In this document: piece after piece, positions 37,383 through 51,929 of the stretch
How the letters are laid out: each line of letters starts with the position of its first letter
Numbering within the stretch: the stretch's first letter is position 1
Assembly (NCBI RefSeq): GCF_009914755.1
Contig: NC_060948.1
Length of the DNA stretch: 64,000 nucleotides
Strand: one strand, 5' to 3'
DNA from: the human T2T-CHM13v2.0 reference genome, Homo sapiens
Position numbers and translations under genes: made by a program
Notes under the pieces: generated by a model
Seen by the model: the letters and a program-made list of their open reading frames with translations, nothing else
The model's database searches: none
What the model was told of the DNA's origin: nothing

Positions 37383-38604
37383 AAAACTTTTTTTTTTCTT
37401 AAAAAACTGAATTCCAGCCAGAATAGAAAGAACTTATATTTGCTGTGTGAAATGAACAGTCCATGGGGAGTGTCTATGTATCCACACACAAACGTAATTC
37501 TAAAGCCTACCTTCCTATCCTAAAGGTTACATTAGTAGTAGCTTTAATTTTAATATCTAATGAATAGATTATTATACTACCTAATGTAGAAATGATCTCG
37601 TGTTCATTTTTAACCTTTAGTTCGCTTTGCTAAAAAATAAAATGAATCCATAATGTGGGCTTAATAAAGTAATGACTATTTGGTAATCCAGTGAACATTG
37701 TAAATAAAAATTAAAAACAGTCTAAACAAGTAGCTATATGACTGTTTGATTTTTTAAATTTTGGACAAATTCAAATTCATCTATGTTTAAAATCAATAAG
37801 AGCTCTGCAGAATCAACGTAAAAGATACATGAGACAAGAGAGAAAAAAATGACAAACACTAATCTAAGTTATTCTCTTTTCAATCTTTATCAATTTAATT
37901 TTGCACTGAGATTTCAATCATGACTCAGATAAGTAAGAAGCCCTTGCCATGCAACACAGGTAGTTGCAAGCAGATGATAACATTTGACCTGAAAACTTTC
38001 TGACACCTTCCTGATGTTGGTCTGGGAAAGGGTAAAACACAGGTAGGTGGGAGAATCAGCTGGTTTCTCAATGGATTAAGGCCACATGAAATTGAGACCT
38101 CCTTGGCTCTTTCAACCCAGGGAGTTGTGGCTTCTAGCTGGCAATTACTTACCTGGGTCTGTGATTTGCAATATCCAATTCTCATCAGTCTGCAAGGGGC
38201 AGACTGGAAACAGTTACAGAAAAACACCTTGAAGACAAGAAATCCACTTGCAACCCACCTGGCATCAAATTTTTGGGGGGATTTTGAATGTAATTTTGGA
38301 GGTCACATGAGTCCTATTCTGAAAGTCATTAATAAAACTAAAGGCAAAAATTTCTAAAAATCTCCTGTGCTTAATTGCTACTATCTGAGGTTATTTAACC
38401 TTCAGAGCTGAGGGCTGCCAGGTTTGGTCATGATGTGAACACTAAGAAGGAGAGAAAGTAGATCCCCTGGAATGGAAGTAAGAGATGCTAAGTGAGAATC
38501 CACAAGACCTTGGAAATCCAAAGAGGACACATGGTTTCTGGCAGCTTTCCACTTCCTAGTGCCAATTCCCTAGACATCCCCGCCTTTCTCGGGTTCTGTA
38601 TTAT

Positions 38605-38770
38605 TATTTTTTAAATTGACAAATAAAATTTTATGTATCTATTATATATAATATGTTTTGAAATATGTTTACATTGTGGAATGCTACTCTGACTTAATTA
38701 ACATGCATTATCTCACATACCTAACATTTTTTGTGATGAGAACACTTAAAATCTACTTTTTTAGCAAGTA
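38605..38770 (-). mobile_element. L1MA 3' end fragment
   Basis: ttttaaattgacaaataaaatt...acattgtggaatg...gagaacacttaaaatctac. Confidence 0.65.
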
Positions 38771-39169
38771 TATTCTAATAATATTTTTCCTTATCCACAT
38801 ATAATTTCTGTTTTTTTCTCTCAGCAACCAAAGCAGTTGTAAATAAGTCAATGAATCTCAGGAATAAAAACATTTTTTAAAAAGACAATAATTAATTATT
38901 TGTTCTTTCATGTTTTGAGTCGTATCTAATAATCACAACAGTCTCATTTCATGCAGAGCAGAAAGTTTCTTTTCTCCCCATTTTCTGTGGGATGTTAACT
39001 GGGAATATTGGAAAGCATCCCTGAGCAGGGCCAGCTTCATAGGTCGTAGCTGGCCCAGTCAAACAGGGCCCCATGCTCAGAAGGACCCCATACATGGACC
39101 CCAGGATCTGCTCTGCTCATGTTATATATCAGTGTCCCCACTGGATGTCCCTTAGGAAACGCAAATTCA

Positions 39170-39608
<439 letters not shown>

Positions 39609-40020
39609 CTATTCTTTTTGTGGTTTTCCAAATAAGGAATGCATCTGTGTACTTTTGGGATATTATGTTATTTTTGTTAGAAATTTAGTGAAGATGTTGT
39701 AAAGAACATTTTTGAACGTTTATGTCAATAGTATATTTATTTACGGCTTTAAAGAAAATATGATCCTTAGAGGATGTCCACTAAATGGTGATTATACTCT
39801 TTCAAAGATTACATTTGGAACCCTTCACATATTAAATTAAAATGAAGCTTATAAAATCAATGTCACATTTTAAAAATGTTTCTCTTTAATAGAAATAATT
39901 TGATACTTAGTTTCAACATCATGTTAAAAGACCTAAAGATCATCATATATTATCAGATACGTTGAGTCGTAAATAAATTATATTTCTAAAGGATGTCTAT
40001 TTTGAATTATCTTTTCAGAC

Positions 40021-40390
40021 TGCTATGGTCTGAATGTTTGTGTCCCATTCCAAAAATGTATTTGTTGAATCTTATCCCCCACAATGATGGCATAAGGAGC
40101 TGGTGCCTTTGGGGTGCAGGAGGTCCTGAGGGTGGAGCCTCATGAATGGGATGAGTGCCCTTATCAAAGAGGCCCCAGAGACCTCCCTCACCCCTTCCAC
40201 CATGTGAGGATGGGGCAAAAGTTTCTATCTATAAACCAGGAAATAGGGCCACACAAAACACTATCTGCTAGTGACTTATCTTGGAATGCTTGCTTGTCTT
40301 CCAGAACTGTGAGAAACACATTTCTATTGTTATAAGCCACCCAGTTTTGGGTATTTTGTTACAGCAGCCTGCCTGGACAGACTAAAACAG
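40021..40390 (+). mobile_element. MLT1A/MSTD-type MaLR LTR
   Basis: tgctatggtctgaatgtttgtgtccc...ccagaactgtgagaaa...ttataagccacccag...gactaaaaca. Confidence 0.85.
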
Positions 40391-42246
40391 AGAAATTCTT
40401 TTCTGTTATCAAAGAAAAGTCTTATTTTGTTTTACATAATATAAACATATATGTTTGTATATATATTTGTAATATATATAATATGGTGTATATATATGTA
40501 ATACAAAATTTTTGAAAATACATTACTCCTTTTAGAAAGAATTTGCCCTGTGTTCCTTTAGGTAGTCAGTTCTTGAAGCCTATTTCTAATAGAGGGAAAA
40601 TGGCTATGTACAATGTAAAAAGCATTTACATTAGTAAGATGGGTTTGGCTTGGAAGCTTTAGAAACTCAATTCCAACTAGCTTAAGTAAAACAAATAGAA
40701 AAAGGTAGGTGTAGTGAGGAAAGGTAAAATATAAAACATATTGTTTGAAGACTTTGAAAGCTAACCTGCTCTGTCTTATACTTATCTAAAATGCCAGTTG
40801 CAAGCACTGAAATCAAATAATTCTAATACAACAACAGAAACACTCAGGAAATCTTCATTATGTCTATTTTTCAGTGCAATATATAATATTATATTTGCAT
40901 CCACAGGCTCAAGAACTGCAACTACACCTAGATGCCTCTCTCTTTCTTTTTTCTTTTCTTTTTTTTTTTTTTTTCCTCTCTATCTCATTCTCAGCTCTGG
41001 ATCCCTCTAAGCCACCTCTGTTTTCCGGCTGTCTCTCTCCACATAGTGGCATTCACACATGACCTTTTTCATCTCTTCCATCATTTTGTCCCTGGAGATG
41101 GAGACCTATGGGAAGGAAATAGCCCCTCTTTCTACGGTTTTGGAGGGGGAGTTCTACTCCAAGACTGCAAAAGTTCCTTTCTCTGAATTCCATGGTGGTC
41201 TCAAGACAACATATTGCTTAAACTAAGCACAGAGCGCATGTTATCATGAGTTATTACCTTAAAGCCCCCATGTAAAGGGCAGTGCTCTTGCAGTGTGGTC
41301 ACATTCCCCCGAAATTAAAGTGCATGCATCCAATCTCCACAGTTCATTGAGAGTGGTTTGCAGCATTTGGGGAGGAGGTGACAAGAGGAGTTATCAAGCA
41401 GGAGGGAGAATAAGCATATTGAATACACATGACAAGAGATTTGTTGTTTTTTTTTTTTAAAAAAGCAAAGCATTTGTAATGTTGACCAACAAGAGGTATT
41501 GAGGTGCTAAGATGAGAAGACTGGAAAGTGAAATAACACCACAAGGAGTGTAGACTGGAAGAACTGATTAGACTCAAAGATTCTGAAATACCATCCTGTC
41601 CCTGGAGCCAAGGTGTGGACAAGCATCCCTTATCCATGTTGATTTCTCCTCCTTTATGGGATACAGGATAAAATCTCCTGGGAGGGAGCACTGGAGAGGA
41701 AAAGGAGCCATCAAGCTGGGGCACTTTGTTTCTGTGCTGAGTGCTACTGTAGGCACCTCCCAGAGCTAAAGGTTTCTTACTTTGTAGCTGGTGAGCACAA
41801 CCAGGGCATCTATGTGTGGCTTTGCAATACCACATCATCACACTTCTGTAATTACATGTCAGATGTCTTTCTACTCACTGGCCTCTGCATCCTGGATGAT
41901 AAGGGCTGAATTCTTTCAACTGTGTATGCCCTGTATCAATGCAACACTTGTTATATAAGAGATGTTAGATGTTTAATAAATATATGATAAATGGCCAAAT
42001 AAACCAGTTTGAACTAATTACAAAGGAAAATAGAAGAGCAAAAATTAGCAAATTACAGAAAAAATGTTTTAAATGGTAATTAAACTACTATATATTCAGA
42101 ATCACAGTGGTAATTTACTTAAATCCAACATCCAAAACAAATATTTATTGATCTATACTACATGCCAAGTGCTATGCTTGGTAATGAGATAACAAAGACA
42201 AATGTGAATGAATATGATATTCTTCCTTACATTAGAAAGCTGAACT

Positions 42247-42381
42247 ATTTTGTTTTATTTTTAGAGATGAGGTCTCACTATGTTGTCCAAGCTGAAGATG
42301 AACTCTTAGTCTCAAGAGATCCTCCCAGCTCAGCCTCTTGAGTGACTGAGACTACAGCCACATGCCACCTCACCCAGCTGG
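42247..42381 (-). mobile_element. Monomeric Alu (FLAM-like)
   Basis: tagagatgaggtctcactatgttgtccaagctg...ccacctcacccagct. Confidence 0.75.
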
Positions 42382-42471
42382 GAGCTGAACTTTTAATTAG
42401 TTACATGGATATATGATACGAGGCAGACAGGAATAAGGAGAAAACAAGTTTAAAATTTTAAGAGTTAAATT

Positions 42472-42619
42472 GGGCCAGGCGCAGTGGCTCATGCCTGTAA
42501 TCCCAGCACTTTGGAGGGCTGAGAAGGGAGGATCATGAGGTCAAGAGATCGAGACCATCCTGGCCACCACCCCCAGCTAATTTATGTATTTTTAGTAGAG
42601 CCCGAGTTTCACCATGTTT
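42472..42619 (+). mobile_element. Alu left arm with inverted middle segment; right arm missing
   Basis: Sense Alu to ...ccatcctggcc, then the next ~55 nt of the consensus appear as their reverse complement. Confidence 0.85.
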
Positions 42620-43948
42620 CCATAACTATATTTACTTTTTGAAGAAGAGGACTCCTAGAGGGTCACTTCTTCCTTTTTATGCAATCTTCCCTTGGCCTGT
42701 GGCAAATCCTAAGCTTTGGAATTAGGTACACTTGGTTTAGAAGTCTCAGCAAATTTAAAAATATATTGTGTGATTTGTAACTAACCTGATTTGGAAATAC
42801 TGCAATAATAGTCATTTATACTTAAGAAATTCTGCCATGTTAAGATATTAAATAACTTACCTGAATTGGAGACTTGATGTCATCATATTCTCAGATTAGT
42901 TTACCTGCTATTATTTATTTTTTTGCACTAAATGGGAGAGTGGGTTGTTTTGTCTGATTGTGTTGGCATAATGAAAAATGTCTTTTATCTGGTGCTCCCA
43001 TGGAAAGGGAGAAAATAATTATCTTTGTTTACTTAGGGCATCCTCATTTGTTCTTCTTCAAAATAAATTTTCAGCCAAAGTAACCTTTGACTTACATTTG
43101 TTTGATTTACTTTATTTTTAGCATTTGAAATAACCCACCTGTAGGATAGCCTTGAGTTATTTTTATCAACTGTTTCTACCTACTCAGATTCACGTTCGCT
43201 CAGTTCTCACTGATGGTGTAAGTTCCTCAAGCTTTTTACTGTTGTGACAAATACATGTGTAATTAATCTTTCTCTGAGCTTTTGCATTCATAATTAAGAG
43301 GAGCACCTGACGTTGGGCATATTTTAGGTGGTAGGCAAATTTAGACATTAATGTGGAAGAGCTCAATGCTGTAATTCTTTTTCTCAGCTCTCACAATTTG
43401 CAAGGAAGCCATGGTGCTAGACTCTGTGGGGAACTCAAAGATGAGTAAGTCTGGGCTATGGAGAATATTGAATATAATTGAAATTAGTACAAGGAAATCG
43501 GGAAGATGGGCAGTCTAGCTCAATAGAATGAACACACATTTTGTAGGGCTACCCTGATTTCTCACCTAGAAGCTTCCAGCAGCCTATATCCACTCAAGCT
43601 CCCTGCAATCCACCCACCTCATAGCACTCAGAGTGATGTCACCCAAAGGCACATCCGATCACCTCATTTCCCCCTGGGGCAAGGACTCTCTGTTGACTTA
43701 GGATAATGTGGCCCAAATTTCTCAGCATGCATTACAAGGCCCCATTTGACGTAGCCCTACTTGTGGCACACCATGGGGACACATTTCAACTCTGTGCCCC
43801 TCTCTGAATTGTTCTTGCTGTTGTTTTTACTATCCTCTGCTTTCACCTTCATCCTCTTTCCAACTCCTGTTTATATTTAAGTCTCAGCATGAATATCAAA
43901 TTGGAGAGAAACCTTTGGGAACCCACGAGGTTGTAGGTTGACACCCAC

Positions 43949-44400
43949 TGTATTGATTTCATGTTACTACTTTGATGAAGGACCTTTAAGTTAGTGGCTT
44001 AAAACAGCATGTGTTTATCATCTTCCAGCTCTAGAGGTCCTAAGAGTCTGGTCTAAAATGAATATGTCCATGCTCACTCTCTCCAGAGGTTCCAGGGAAG
44101 AATCCATTTCCTTACCTTTTTGGGTTTCTGGAGGGTGCCCAGACTTCTTGGTTCCTGACCCCTTGCTTGATTTCTAAAGCTGTAAGCACAGCATCTTCAA
44201 ATCTCTCTAACTCTGGCTCTCCTACCTCTCTCTTTCCCTTACAAGGACACTTGTAATGACCTTGGGCCTTGTCAGGTCATCTAGGATTATTTCCTCATCT
44301 CAAGGTCCTTAATTGCACCTACGAAGTTCCTTTTGACATAGAGGGTCTCCTAGTCACAGGTTCCAGGTACTAGAATGTGGACATCTTTGTGGGGAGTGGA
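43949..44400 (-). mobile_element. MLT1 (B-E type) LTR
   Basis: agtggcttaaaacagca...agggaagaatccatttccttacc...cacaggttccagg...gtggacatctttgtgggg. Confidence 0.75.
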
Positions 44401-45399
44401 GAGACTGCTGCAATAGTACAGCCACTTAACTGAAATTCTGCAATGTTAAGACATTGAATAATTTACCTGAATTTGAGACTTGATGTCATCATATTCTCAA
44501 ATGAGTTTACCTGTTGTTATTTATTTTTTGCACTAAATGAGAGTCAAACACACCCTCATGGGGGCTCTCATGGCCTCTGTGACCTGCTCTTGGAGGCACT
44601 TATGAATCTCATGAGCACAGGTTCTTTGTATCTTGTCCTCTCCAAGTCCGAGTGCCTAGCCAAGCACCTGGTGCCCAGTTAGTTGCTAAATCAATTCATT
44701 GTTTAATAAAAAACAGACTTGGGTGTAAATCCTGGCTCTGAGATGCATTTTTAATGAGATACTGGGATACATACTTGAACTCTCCAATCCTCTGTTTTCT
44801 TCTCTGTCAAGTGGGATGGTTATACCCACCTTGCAGGGTGATGTGAAGATTAACTGACCGTGTCACCTCTGTAGATCCCAGTACAGGGTAGACACAAACA
44901 CCCCTGAAAGACTTATAAAATGCCAGTGCCCAACACGAATCTCTGAAGACTGATTCAGCCTATGCAAACCGTAGGAATCGCCATTCTTATTTCTGTCACT
45001 GGTGCTGTCATTTGTAATCAGACCAGTTGCAGGGTTGTAATCAAACTGCTACTGAGACCACAAAATTGGGGTGAGAGAGAAGATTAATTGCACTGAAGAA
45101 ACCTTTTGAGAAAAATGTGCTCAATTAAAATTCCGATTAAGTCTTCAAGTATTTTTCAGATGGGGACAAAGGCCATTTAAGGTGGTTTACAAAGGAAAAA
45201 ACAAACAAACAAAATGATTAGGATTATGAGAATGTATAACTGGCAAAGGGCCTGAGAGAATGGTGGATGAGGTCCCTGCCAGGTGGAGAATTTGCATACC
45301 TTTAATAGTGTGACACTCTACTTTTGCTGTTGGGTCTGTGGAATCCCAAGTTTTATAAGTGGAATGATTTCTTTCTTTACAGTATATAGGGACACTTTT

Positions 45400-45714
<315 letters not shown>

Positions 45715-45731
45715 TAATCTTCTTTTTTTAA

Positions 45732-45826
45732 GAATGTAACCAATTTACCTAGAAGTTTGCTGAAGAAATCAGAAAGCAGTCATTCGGGGCAGTAACACTG
45801 GGTTATGACTTCATGGCCCAGCTAAG
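45732..45826 (+). pseudogene. PNPLA4P1: PNPLA4 (GS2) Y pseudogene, exon 3 equivalent
   Basis: ECNQFT*KFAEEIRKQSFGAVTLGYDFMAQL versus recalled PNPLA4 ECNQFTYKFAEEIRRQSFGAVTPGYDFMARL. TAG at 45750; in-phase acceptor reads AA; donor gt at 45827. Confidence 0.9.
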
Positions 45827-45980
45827 GTATACACAGTACATTTTTCCCAAAAGTACGTGAAAACAGAGTGTTGAGGACTGTCTGTACAAACTGTGGCAAG
45901 GTCAGCATTCTCTCCTGTAAAATATTTACAAGGTGTTCAATAATTAAGGGTGAATAATGCAGATTGTTTTTGTTCTTTAG

Positions 45981-46106
45981 AAGTGGATTCTTCCTTTCAA
46001 TGTTCACGAACTGGCCCAGAACCTACTTCAAGTATCCATCACCAACAGCAAAATCAGAGAAAATCACTTAGTCTCCAATTTTTCCTCCAGGGAAGGCCTC
46101 ATTAAT
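45981..46106 (+). pseudogene. PNPLA4P1: PNPLA4 Y pseudogene, exon 4 equivalent
   Basis: After ttctttag: ILP..HELAQNLLQVSITNSKIRENHLVSNFSSREGLI versus PNPLA4 ILPPSAHELAQNRLHVSITNAKTRENHLVSTFSSREDLIK. Apparent ~10-bp frameshifting deletion near the start; donor gt at 46107. Confidence 0.9.
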
Positions 46107-46532
46107 GTAACAAAGGCACATTTCCTGTTTGAAGAAATCAGCAAGTGCTGATTTCAACATTTCCTAAAATATAATGAGCATTGCCACGTTCTTTAGATCC
46201 TGTCTCTCTTATCAGACCAGATAGATGTTTAAGTGCTCTGTACATTATGTGTTTGATGAAAGCATTGACCAGGATCCCTCCTGATGCAGCCTCACAATGC
46301 ACTGTGATCCAAAAGCTCCCTGTACTTGTTCAGTGTTTTCCTGCAATGTTCAGATCTCATGTTGATTATGCGAAGCAAGTCACTGATGCAGTTTAGTAGC
46401 AATAATAATTCCTGAAATTTATGTGGCTAATAATTTGGAGTGTATGTAAGGTTTTTAACATGTACTCTCTTATTCTATCCTTCAAGTCCTTTTGTAAGTT
46501 AGGTAGGACTGGTTTTATTGTGACCCTTTAAT

Positions 46533-46830
46533 GTTTTTGTTTTTCTTGAGACGGTGTCTCACTCTGTTGCCCAGGCTGGAGGGCAGTGGTACGATATTGG
46601 CTCACTGAAACCTTCCAGCTCCTAGGTTCAAACAAGTCTCCTGCCTCAGCCTCCTGAGTAGCTGGGATTACAGGTGTGCACCATCACAACTACCTAATTT
46701 TTGTATTTTTAGTAGTGATGGGGTTTTGCTTTGTTGGTCAGGCTGGTCTTGAACTGCTGACCTCAAATGATCTGCCTGCCTTGGTCTCCAAGGTGCTGGA
46801 ATTACAAGCATGAGCCACCATGCCCGGTCC
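46533..46830 (-). mobile_element. AluS
   Basis: Antisense full Alu. Confidence 0.88.
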
Positions 46831-47735
46831 CTTTTATGTTTTTATCAGAGAAGTGATTGGAAAGATTTTATGTGATGTCCACACCTCGGTGACCAAGATT
46901 ATCCTGCATGGTAGTGGGAACCAATTCTGGTAACCAAGTCTCTTAACTTTTCAATCTAATGTTCTATTTTGTTTCTCCATTTTGTTCTGATGTCTTTGTA
47001 TCCAAACACATTTGAAAGTTGGTTGGTTGAGAATTCATTATCTCTAGGATATACTTCAGCTGACTGATTTCCAAATACCAATGTGCTCGCTGTGCTAATG
47101 CAGTGAATATTTGTAGGATGGAAAGGGTGTACTTCCTTGGAATTTTTTCTTGTTTTTCCCTCTAGTGCAAATATTAAGCTTCAGGTAATATGGAGGATGT
47201 ATGTTTTCATACAGCAGAAGGTACTTTTCTATAATCCTATTACAATATTATGTAGACTTCACAATGTAAAGGGAACAGATGGCCACCCATGCTGAGTGGT
47301 CTTAAATTGTCAAAGTCCAGTACAGACAGATAAGGCTTGCAGTAGGTAGACATGCATCTTCTGGTTTAGCTAGGAACAGATTGTGTAAGCTCCCAGAGGC
47401 AGGGAATTCTCTGGTTTGCTCACTGCCGTGGCTCAGTACCTGCCACACTGCCAGCCTTTTTGTGGGCACTATGTAATATGTGTGAAATGAATAGATATGA
47501 TGCAAGGTGGCATCTGTTGAACTGACCCTAAATTGGGGCCAGTGTAACAGTGATTTTTTTTTTTTTAATCAATCAAAAGAAAAAAAAGAAGCTGGGCCCT
47601 TCATACTCAGTAACCTCGGCAAAATCACATAGCTGGTTGGGCCCCAGCTGTGACTGTGGTCCATGTGTCTAGCACTGTCCCCTAACTATACCCCACGCTG
47701 GATAAAATGCCCATCTTCCCTGTCAATCCCTTTTA

Positions 47736-48262
47736 TGTGGCAGACAGAAGAATGACACCCAAAGCTGCCCTTACCCTAATTCCCAGAACCTGTCCAGAAG
47801 TAAACTTACCTGGCAAAAGGGATTCTGTAGATGTGATTACGTTAAAGGTCTGAGATAGGAGGATGATCCCATATTATCCAAGTGGACCCTAACTAAGTAC
47901 ATGAATCTTGAAAAATGGACACCTTTCCTGGATTCTGTTTACCATGGCTGGTTTGGAGATGTAGCAACCACATGCCAGGGGAGCACAAAGGCTTCTAGGA
48001 AAGCAGCTCCCCACTGACAGCAGCAAAGAAAAGGGGGCATCTGCCCTGTAACCTGTGGAACTGAATTCTCTGAACAGCTGACTGAGCAAGGAGACACATT
48101 CTCCCCCAGAGCCTCCAGAAAGAGACGCAGCCCTGCCGACCCCTGGATTTTCCCCAGTGAGACCCATACCAGACTTTGGACTGTCAGACTGTATGACAAC
48201 ACGTTTGTCTTGTTTGAAGGGGTTAAAGTTATAGCAATTTATTATAACAGCAATAGCAAACT
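47736..48262 (+). mobile_element. MLT1D/E-type LTR
   Basis: tgtggcagacagaagaatg...ggcaaaagggattctgtagatgtgatta...cagagcctccagaaag...cagcaatagcaaacta. Confidence 0.8.
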
Positions 48263-48915
48263 ATTGCTGTTAAGTAAACATGGCATATTTCTAGTTTGTT
48301 TGTTTGGGATAATAACTATTCAGAAAATTGGGGTAATTACTTGAGTCCATTGAGGAGGAGAGAAATTGTTGACACAAACATGTAATACTTTGTAAGGAGA
48401 ATATTGAATAACTGACACTTACTATAGGTTCTACAAGAAACATTCTACATGTTTAGGAGGATATTTTAACCTATTTCAGAACTAAAAAGAAGGAAGGATG
48501 AATATTTCCTTGATACCAGATGGTGACTGTCAAACCATACGAAATCTATGACTGAAATACTTACGAAGCATTTAGCAGAAAAGAGTGAGAGTGCGGGAAG
48601 ACTAGGGATGATGTAGCAAAGGAAGAAGCATGAAGGGGAATTAAAATAAACCCCCTGCCAAGTAGGGACATGATCAAGTATATATGTTCCCATGAAAGAA
48701 GAGGCTGGTGGGAGAATGTTGTTTGAGGTGGTACCATGGGGGATGGTGGTTCTGACCTATCAGCTGGGGTTGGGGAGGCTGCCTGAAGGTCACCCTTAGG
48801 TAGAGACAGGAGGATCTGAGTTCGTGAAGCCATGTGTTGAAGCAACTCAATGATAGATGGCTGTGGGTCACCCAGGGCTTGGCACACCTGGGTCTGAACA
48901 CATGGCCTGGGGTCT

Positions 48916-49050
48916 TGATATGGTTTGGGTGTGTCCATGTTATGGGAGGGACCTGGTGGGAGATAACTGAATCATGGGGGCAGTTTCCCCCATCCCATAC
49001 TGTTCTTCTCATAGTGAATAAGTATCATGACTTCTGATGGTTTTATAAGA
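48916..49050 (+). mobile_element. THE1 LTR 5' fragment (truncated)
   Basis: tgatatggtttgg...gggagggacctggtgggagataactgaatcatggggg...ctgatggttttataag. Confidence 0.8.
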
Positions 49051-51191
49051 GACTTTTATAAAATACCAGTGCCCAAGATGAATCTCCGAAGACTAATTCA
49101 GTCTGTGCAAACCATAGACGTCACTATTCCTATTTCTGTCACTGGTGCTGTCATTTGTAATCACGCCTGTTGCAGGGTCATAATCAAACTGCTATTGAGA
49201 CCATAAAATTGGGGTGGGAGAGAAGTATTTCAATAAACAAGTGATTGAGATAGATGTCCATAAAATTGACCAAAAGATGAAAAAAAAAATCCATTGTGAG
49301 AAATCCAACATATGTATGCTGGCTCTGGTAAAAATATATATTTTATATTAAAATAAATTTGTTCCAGGGGCAATCTCAACCACTTATTAGCAGACAGATC
49401 TTTGGGCAACTTTGTCTTTCTGAGAGAAGGTTATGAGAGAATTAAATGAGACACTATATTTGAGGGAAAGTCTACTTCATGAGTGTATGGTCTGTGCATT
49501 TGCATGTGGCTCCACTATCCAAGGAGCCTCACCATTGGTTTAATGCTCTGCTGCCAACATCTTAATATTCTCCATACTTTCTGAACAAGAGGCCCTGCAT
49601 TTTTATTTTGCACAGGACCCAGAAGTTATATGCCTAGTTCTGGCACCTCGCACCAGCATGGTGCAACAGAATCGTTTCACACATGGCTATTTCTTGCCTT
49701 CTTTCCTGCTGGAATCCCTGTGATATGCTATTATGCTTGCATTTGCCACTGCTGAAACCGGAGCCCCCAGAAGCTTTTTTGGGCACTTGTCAGGAGCCTG
49801 TTGCTATAGGAACTGTTAAAAACAGGCCCTGTGCCTTTGTAACCAATATGCTACCAACAACATTGGACAACCTTCTTTAGTCCCACTATTGAGGTAGGTG
49901 GAGGAGTGTCGGGTCCATTCCCACCACTGAGAAGGGAGAGAGATACACAACAGATGTTTGTTGAGTGTTAGCTCTGCCAAGGGTGGGACATACCAGGAGA
50001 GACACAAGTCCCTGTCCTTTCAGTGGGTATTTTGGTAATTAGGAAACAGGAGACATGACCAAGGAAGAACCACTGCATAAGAAAGCTATGGAAGTTCCCT
50101 ATACCTGGTGCAGAAATAAACATGGCAAGAGTGGGTTCCAACTGTGTCGGGTCACATCTCAAAAGAGGATTTTCCTATGGAAATTGCTATGCTGGTGACT
50201 GAGTCTGTAATTTAGTTGCAGTTCAGAATAAATAGGCTCTTGAGAGCTGACCCAAATCAATGTAGTTGCATGCATTTTTATAATCAAATAGAGTAGCTAT
50301 TTATTCAAAGCCTATTTATTCTGAGTTCTAAATAATTGTAAATGGATGATCCAGGAGTCAGGATTTGAGCCATAATTCATTTCTGAATAATGTATGATGA
50401 AAAAAAAATCTCATGAAATCCTTGACAGCAAACTGTTATAGAGTCCTTCACTTATCAGTTGAAAGATTATAGCTTAGAAAATATTCAGTATCTAATGCTG
50501 TATGTTTTCAAATAGAACACTAATGATTTGGAAACTACATGGCAAAATAAAACACTTACATTTCATAAAAGCTCTCAGAGCCCAGCTTCTTATGATGTAA
50601 GGAATGAAAGTTCCCTAAATGACAATCTTTTTCAATTTCTTAAGTGGGAGATAAAGCATAATTGGTGTCACTGCTTGCCAGGGCTCCATTACATATCCTG
50701 ACTACATCATTGGAACATAAAATATGTCATTCCCTTTGCAAATCCTGGTGACATACATGAGAACATCTCTGAGTTGTGGGCTAACCTCCCCTATCATAAT
50801 CAGAGGGCTTTGTTCCTCCAGAACATAGGAGTGCAACTGTAACATGATTTTTATGGTATACGATGGAACACTGCAAATAATTTATTTGTAACCTTTACAT
50901 ACTCAGGAATTTAGACCTAACTTAAATTTCAGTTTGTAATAACTTGTGTGTCTAATATTAAAATGCTGATTTTTACCCAAGGTAAATTGACTGATTCAGA
51001 GCATGTCAAGTTGTACCTATCTGTTTAGAGTCTTTTCAGGTATTAAAAATATTATCTTTTATGTAATTGTGTGCAGCTTGAAGTCTGTGAGACTTATTTA
51101 CTGAGATTTGGATAGTCAATAACATGTCAGTTATATTGTCTGAATGTTAATGCCTGTAGTTACGAGATGCTTCTTTATTTTATTCATCTAG

Positions 51192-51257
51192 GTCCTCCTA
51201 GCCAGCAGTTTCATGCCCATACATGCATGATTGAAGCCAGCGGAATACAAAGGGCAG
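51192..51257 (+). pseudogene. PNPLA4P1: PNPLA4 Y pseudogene, exon 5 equivalent
   Basis: 66 bp: VLLASSFMPIHA*LKPAEYKGQ versus PNPLA4 VLLASSFVPIYAGLKLVEYKGQ. TGA at 51228; acceptor ctag intact; donor reads AT instead of GT. Confidence 0.9.
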
Positions 51258-51929
51258 ATAAAGTTATTAAAACTGAGGAATTACCCTCCTCTGATACTAA
51301 TATGTTTCTTTTAAAACATTCAATTTTATAATTATTTTAATGGCTCCAAAATGTATGTTTTTTCCTCATAAATAGCTTTGTTTCTCTTTAAGAGGGAAAA
51401 ATACAGAGACAGTGGTAACTTACGAAGATCTTGTGAATGAGAATGATTGGACTGTGATGCTCTTGTTTTCATCTTTAAAATATATATTTCTTTTTGTTGT
51501 TGTTAGCAGTGAACGATTTTTTTTCCACCTAGTAAAGTCATACTCACAGCCCCTCTTAAGTAGAGTTACACCACCGTAAGGGTGGGAAAAAGCTTCAGGG
51601 CTCCACACCCTTGTCTTCCTCCAGACAATGCAGCATAGTTTCCTTCCAGCCTGCCCTTGGCACACTCCCGTCGAAGGCTCTCCACTTAACCAGACACATT
51701 GATCATCAGAATGCCAAAACCTGTTTTGTTTAAGGAGAGCGCTCCTCACTTGGGGCTGGCACTTAAGACAGGATGTCAATTCGTTTAGGGAAATTTAGAC
51801 ATGGGCATCCACCTAAAGTCTGCACTATGTGACCCAGCTTCCTTCTGTGATCTACACACGGTTTGTTCTGAACATTCACCATTCTACTCAAGGCAGCTCC
51901 TCTGCAGCACAGACACATGTTCAACATGA

